NCBI GenBank assembly: GCA_020891255.1
Contig: BQFW01000001.1
Span: forward strand, 558,001 to 622,000
DNA from: Entomortierella parvispora E1425
Lineage: Eukaryota; Fungi; Mortierellomycota
Length of the DNA: 64,000 bases
Direction: 5' to 3'
Shown here one piece after another: positions 59,701-64,000 of the stretch. How positions within the stretch are numbered: the stretch's first letter is position 1; each line of letters begins with the position of its first letter. A program made the position numbers and the translations under genes. The notes beneath the pieces are model-generated. The model was not told the DNA's origin and did no database searches. It saw nothing but the letters and a program-made list of their open reading frames with translations.

Positions 59701-62700
59701 TCAATCACAACAGTAGCGTTGGATCAACAGCGCGAGTCCCTTGGTCAACAGCGGTTTAGTCATGTACTCGTCCATGCCCGCCCGGATGCACGACTCCTTG
59801 GTAGACAGTTGGATATCTGCACTCAACCCCACAATGGGGATCCTGCCACGCGGACTCGCTCTCGAAGGACCAGCATCGCCGCTGGATCCTGCTGCCCTGG
59901 CCGCATCCTCCGCCTCAAACTCTGCTTCCAGCGCTCGCACTTTTCTGGTGGCTGCAAGACCGTCCATAATGGGCATGTGCTAAATAGAATCAATTGAAAG
60001 AAAAACAGTTATAGGAGGGGCTTATTACTCTTTCTGAAGGCAAGTGCAAGAAAGAAGGACAACGACGCCACGCCAGAAAGGAAATACTTACGTGGTCAAA
60101 GATCGCAATGGTGTAATGACCAGGTTCGACAGAGAGCCATTGATCCACTGCTTCCTGTCCATTGTTGGCAATCATGACATTCATCCCCAGCTTGGATAGT
60201 TGCCTAATAAGAAAAAGAAAAAAAGAATAAAAGAGAACGCTGTCAGCACGTTGAACCTGCATGGAACGCAACGCTGTCTCCGCTCTTGCACAAAAAAAAA
60301 AAAAAAACTCACTTTTCAAGAATCTTTTGGGACACAAAGTCATCCTCGGCCACCAAGACGTTCTTTCCTTTGCATCGATCTCTCTCTTCCGGAGTCAACA
60401 GAAGCGTCAGCGCATCATTGTTCCTCGCTGCACGCTTGGGTATCATTCGTTGGTGGTCATCGACCACCTCCTGTCGGCCAACCAGAGACCGGCCCTTGCC
60501 ATCGTCTCCACCCAACTCTCCCTCACGTCGGTGTCGCGACTGGCTATGATGATGGTGGGCGTGATGATGGCGATGGTTGCCTCCACTGTTGGCGCTCTTC
60601 TTCTTGGAAAGTGACTTTTTGCAGGACTCGATGCCGTCCGAGCAAAGACCCATGTTCCGGTCCGGGATCAGTTCTGCGTCCTGGGGGTAGCTCATCAGCG
60701 CCTCTTGGGCACACGGACTTCTGCTGTCGGGATCCTCCACTCCTGTCCTTACCCTCTTGGCATCATGTGGCGACAGAGTAGAGCTGGCACCTTCCTTGTC
60801 CATATCGCCTGACCGATCTGTAGTCATGGCATAGTCTCGTCTCCTTTTCCTGGACACTGATGCAAATGTGGCGCTTGAACTTGCAGATCTCGCCGGTGAC
60901 ACCGAGCGCGAGGGCGAAAAGTTGGAGGAATCACTTCCACTACTGCAACCCTCATGGCTGCTGTTGGTGCTGCTACTTGCTGTCCACATGGCCTCATCTA
61001 CGTCATGGCCATATCCTGTAGAACCAGCCGAAGATGTAGCATAGGAAGAGGACGAAGCAGATGATGGAGGGCGTGGCTGGCCATGCTCCTTGACGGCATT
61101 AAACAAAATCTGGAGCAGCTTCATCCTGCGAACTGGCTTGATCAGTCGACAGACCTGGAAGGTCACGGTCTCTGTAGCTACAGCCTGTTCTGCCGGTACT
61201 GTCGTCGTGGTCGGCACAGTGCTGGGTGCAGACACCGCAGCTGGTGCATCCTCCTCCTTCAATGTAGGCAGTTCCGCCAGTGTTGAGGAGGTCTCAGTAC
61301 AGCTCAAAGGAGGGTATCCTGGGGGAATGTGTCGAGTCACTGTGACATGTCCGCGCGACTTCTGCTTCATAAACAACTGTGAGGGCACACGGTTCAACGG
61401 AGGTCGAGAAGGCGTCTCGACCACACCCAAAGCCTGACCTCCCACCCCAGCTCCAGCATAGCTAGACGGCTGACCGCGACGGTCGACGCCCTTTGTCCGA
61501 GCCACTGTAACTGATGTCGACGAGGTGTCTTCATCGGTCAGTCCCCTGACCTCTCCTGTCAAAGTACGAGGTCGATCTCGTCCTCCAAGCTCTCCAGCGT
61601 TGTCTTCTTCCACCTCATCGTCCTCTTCATCTTCGTTATTGTCCTCATTGATCTCCTGGATAATAGCTGCATCTGCCTTGACACCATGGTCTCGCCCAAC
61701 CTTTCGCTGGGCATTGAATTCGGTCGCTGTTGCCGTTCGTTTTTTCTTGGAAGCAGGGGGCAGGATCCAGCGAAGAGTCTCGGTCGTTGGTGCCAACAAT
61801 AGAACAAAGGCGACTCGGGGCGAGGGATAAATGCTATCCAACTCGGCAGAGTCCAAGACATGGTCCACCAAGATAAAATCAAATGGCTCCAAGGTTCTTG
61901 GCATCGTCTCTGAGCCATCTACATCCATTGCTGTCGCGGCCGTCGTGTTGTCCTTCTTTGAAAGATCTTCCAAGGTCGAGGCGATCTTTGTTGCGGATGC
62001 AGAGTGGCTTCGATCGTACGCCAGAGCTTCATCCGTGACACAAATGGCCCCACTGGCCACAGCTGACGCCACGTTGTCAAACTCGGACATATTGTGGCAC
62101 TTCATGGTCAATCGAATCTGCTTTCTCAATTCCAAGTTGGGCGACAAGACCAAGATCCGCTTGTCTCGAACAGCCTCTGCACGCGCATTCAGGATTCGTC
62201 CACATTCAGCAAGTCGAGCCGACTCGATGGGGGATTGCTCCTGATCATATTCGGTGGGAGTCCTGACCTTGGCCGAGAATTTGAAGGTTGCGCCTTGACC
62301 CTTTTCCGATTCGACTTCAATCTTGCCATGCATGTGGGCAATCAACTGAGCGCAAATTGAAAGTCCCAATCCTGTACCTCCATATTTGCGGGTAGTGCCG
62401 TTGTCGGTTTGTTGGAACGAGACAAAGAGCATCTTTTGCTCTTCTGGCGAGAGACCAATGCCTTGGTCCTTGACAGAACAGTAAATAATAACCTCGTCAC
62501 CAATCGTTGGATCGTCCTCAGTCTTGTTCGCAAGAAGAGAGGCTACTGGAGCTCCGGCATAACTGCCGATAGCGTCAGTGCCGCTTGAGGACAACGGCTT
62601 CAGAATGCTCTTGGACGAAGGTGAAGACGCTCCTGAGATGGACAGAGGTCCCTTCTTTTTCTCCTTCTTGTTCAGAGTATGCGAGAACTCAATGACAACG

Positions 62701-64000
62701 TTTCCACGGGTCGAGAACTTGATAGCGTTTCCAATCAGGTTCATCAAGATCTGCTTCATTCGATCGGGATCTCCAATGACTATCAATGGCATAGTGTTGT
62801 CCAAAAGGATAATCAGCTCCAAGCCCTTCCTGGATGCCAAGGGGACAAGCAGATCGCAGACATCCCCCAGGATCTCCTCAAAGCACATGGGGATGTATTC
62901 CAGCGTGACTTTGTCAGCCTCCAGCTTGCTGAAATTCAGCAGGTCGTCCACGATACGGATCAACATTTCACAGGAGGCCTTGGCCATGTCCACAAACTCG
63001 AACTGTTCGTTCGAAAGACCACTAGAGTCTCTCAGCAACGACAACATGCCCAAGATGCCCGAGAAGGGCGTTCGGAGCTCGTGGGACATGTTGGCCAGGA
63101 AGTTTGATTTCAATTGAACGGCTCGTCGTTGATCGTCGATATCGATTGTCACTGTGAGCCACTGAATGATCTTGTTCTGCTCCGAGGGAGAGGTAATAGG
63201 CAACATCCTCACGATCGCCCATCGGTATGTTCCGTCCTTGAGTCTGTAGCGGCTCTCCCATTGGCAGGGAACACCGGCCTGAACACGGTCTTTCCAGTGC
63301 TGGACGTAGATGGCAACCTCATCCTCATGAGTCAAGATGCTCCAGCCAGAGTCCATGATCTCTTCCAAACTATAGCCGGTCATGTCTTTCCAGCTCGAAT
63401 TTATATATTGGCAGTGCTCTGCCGTGGCATCCCAGAGAGCAATACCACAGGGCATATTCTCCAATAATCCGTTCAGCTTGGTTTCGGACTGCAACACAGA
63501 CTGGTATAATAGAGCGTTGGTAATGGAGATTCCGAGCTGTTGGACCAAGAGGTTCATGACCAACATTCTCTTGTTCGCGAACGCTCGCTCAGGAAAGTCT
63601 TCCATGTAGAGAACACCGACCATGGCTGCCTTGTGGAGAATAGGCGCACAGAGAACCGTTCGAAGGTCTGTCCGTTGCTTCAGATAGTCGTCCGCACAGA
63701 ATCGAGGGTCGTCCTTGGCGTTGATGAGCAAACAGGGGGCCGAGGTGTTGATCACATAGTTAATGACACCATGGAACAATGAGCTGCACTTGTGTACTTC
63801 CATCGGAGGGATCACAGATTCACAGCGTCCCAAGTCTCCTTGTGAAGCTGCAAGAACCAGTTCCTGATCCTTGGAAATGATGACACAGCATCTCTTGGCA
63901 CCAACACTTTGATTCAGTACACCAAGAGACTTGACTAGTAGTAGATCTAGATCGATCTCACTGGCAATGACCTGCATGGCCTCGATGACAGAGGAGAAAT
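59701..64000 (-). CDS. Hybrid histidine kinase (GAF-PAS-HisKA-HATPase-REC), 5' part outside the window
   Basis: H-box FLANMSHELRTP, N-box NLIGNAIKFS, DQGIG, YGGTGLGL; receiver VLVAEDD, FDH-HMPIMDG, KP; introns 60312-60204 and 60091-59980. Confidence 0.95.

Overview
Intron-containing fungal genomic DNA, most likely Mortierellaceae; this is inferred from the F-box/RNI, Arm-like-repeat and FAD-monooxygenase families present. Left part: an NmrA-like gene, a birth-and-death array of FAD-dependent monooxygenases (three intact copies, one exon relic, one promoter relic), F-box relics and an orphan secreted protein. Centre (18.4-32.7 kb): about 120-bp inverted repeats enclose three genes: a Harbinger-type Myb-like ORF, a Harbinger transposase lacking its catalytic residues, and a spliced Ulp1-protease/MULE-transposase fusion. 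That fusion is split by a young 5.07-kb Ty3/gypsy chromovirus (identical 111-bp LTRs, TTCTG target duplication) inserted in an intron. Next is an intronless, divergent bacterial-type queA gene, from a pathway eukaryotes are not known to run, followed by a second, mosaic chromovirus. Right part: a group II PLP decarboxylase, an F-box/LRR gene, a 17-bp G-rich satellite, an NLR-like relic, a repeat-rich non-coding block, a 923-aa secreted protein with a duplicated Cys/His domain, and the 3' part of a hybrid histidine kinase. Several frameshifts fall in homopolymers, so some apparent pseudogenes may be assembly errors. All family calls come from motif recognition by eye; no database searches were run.
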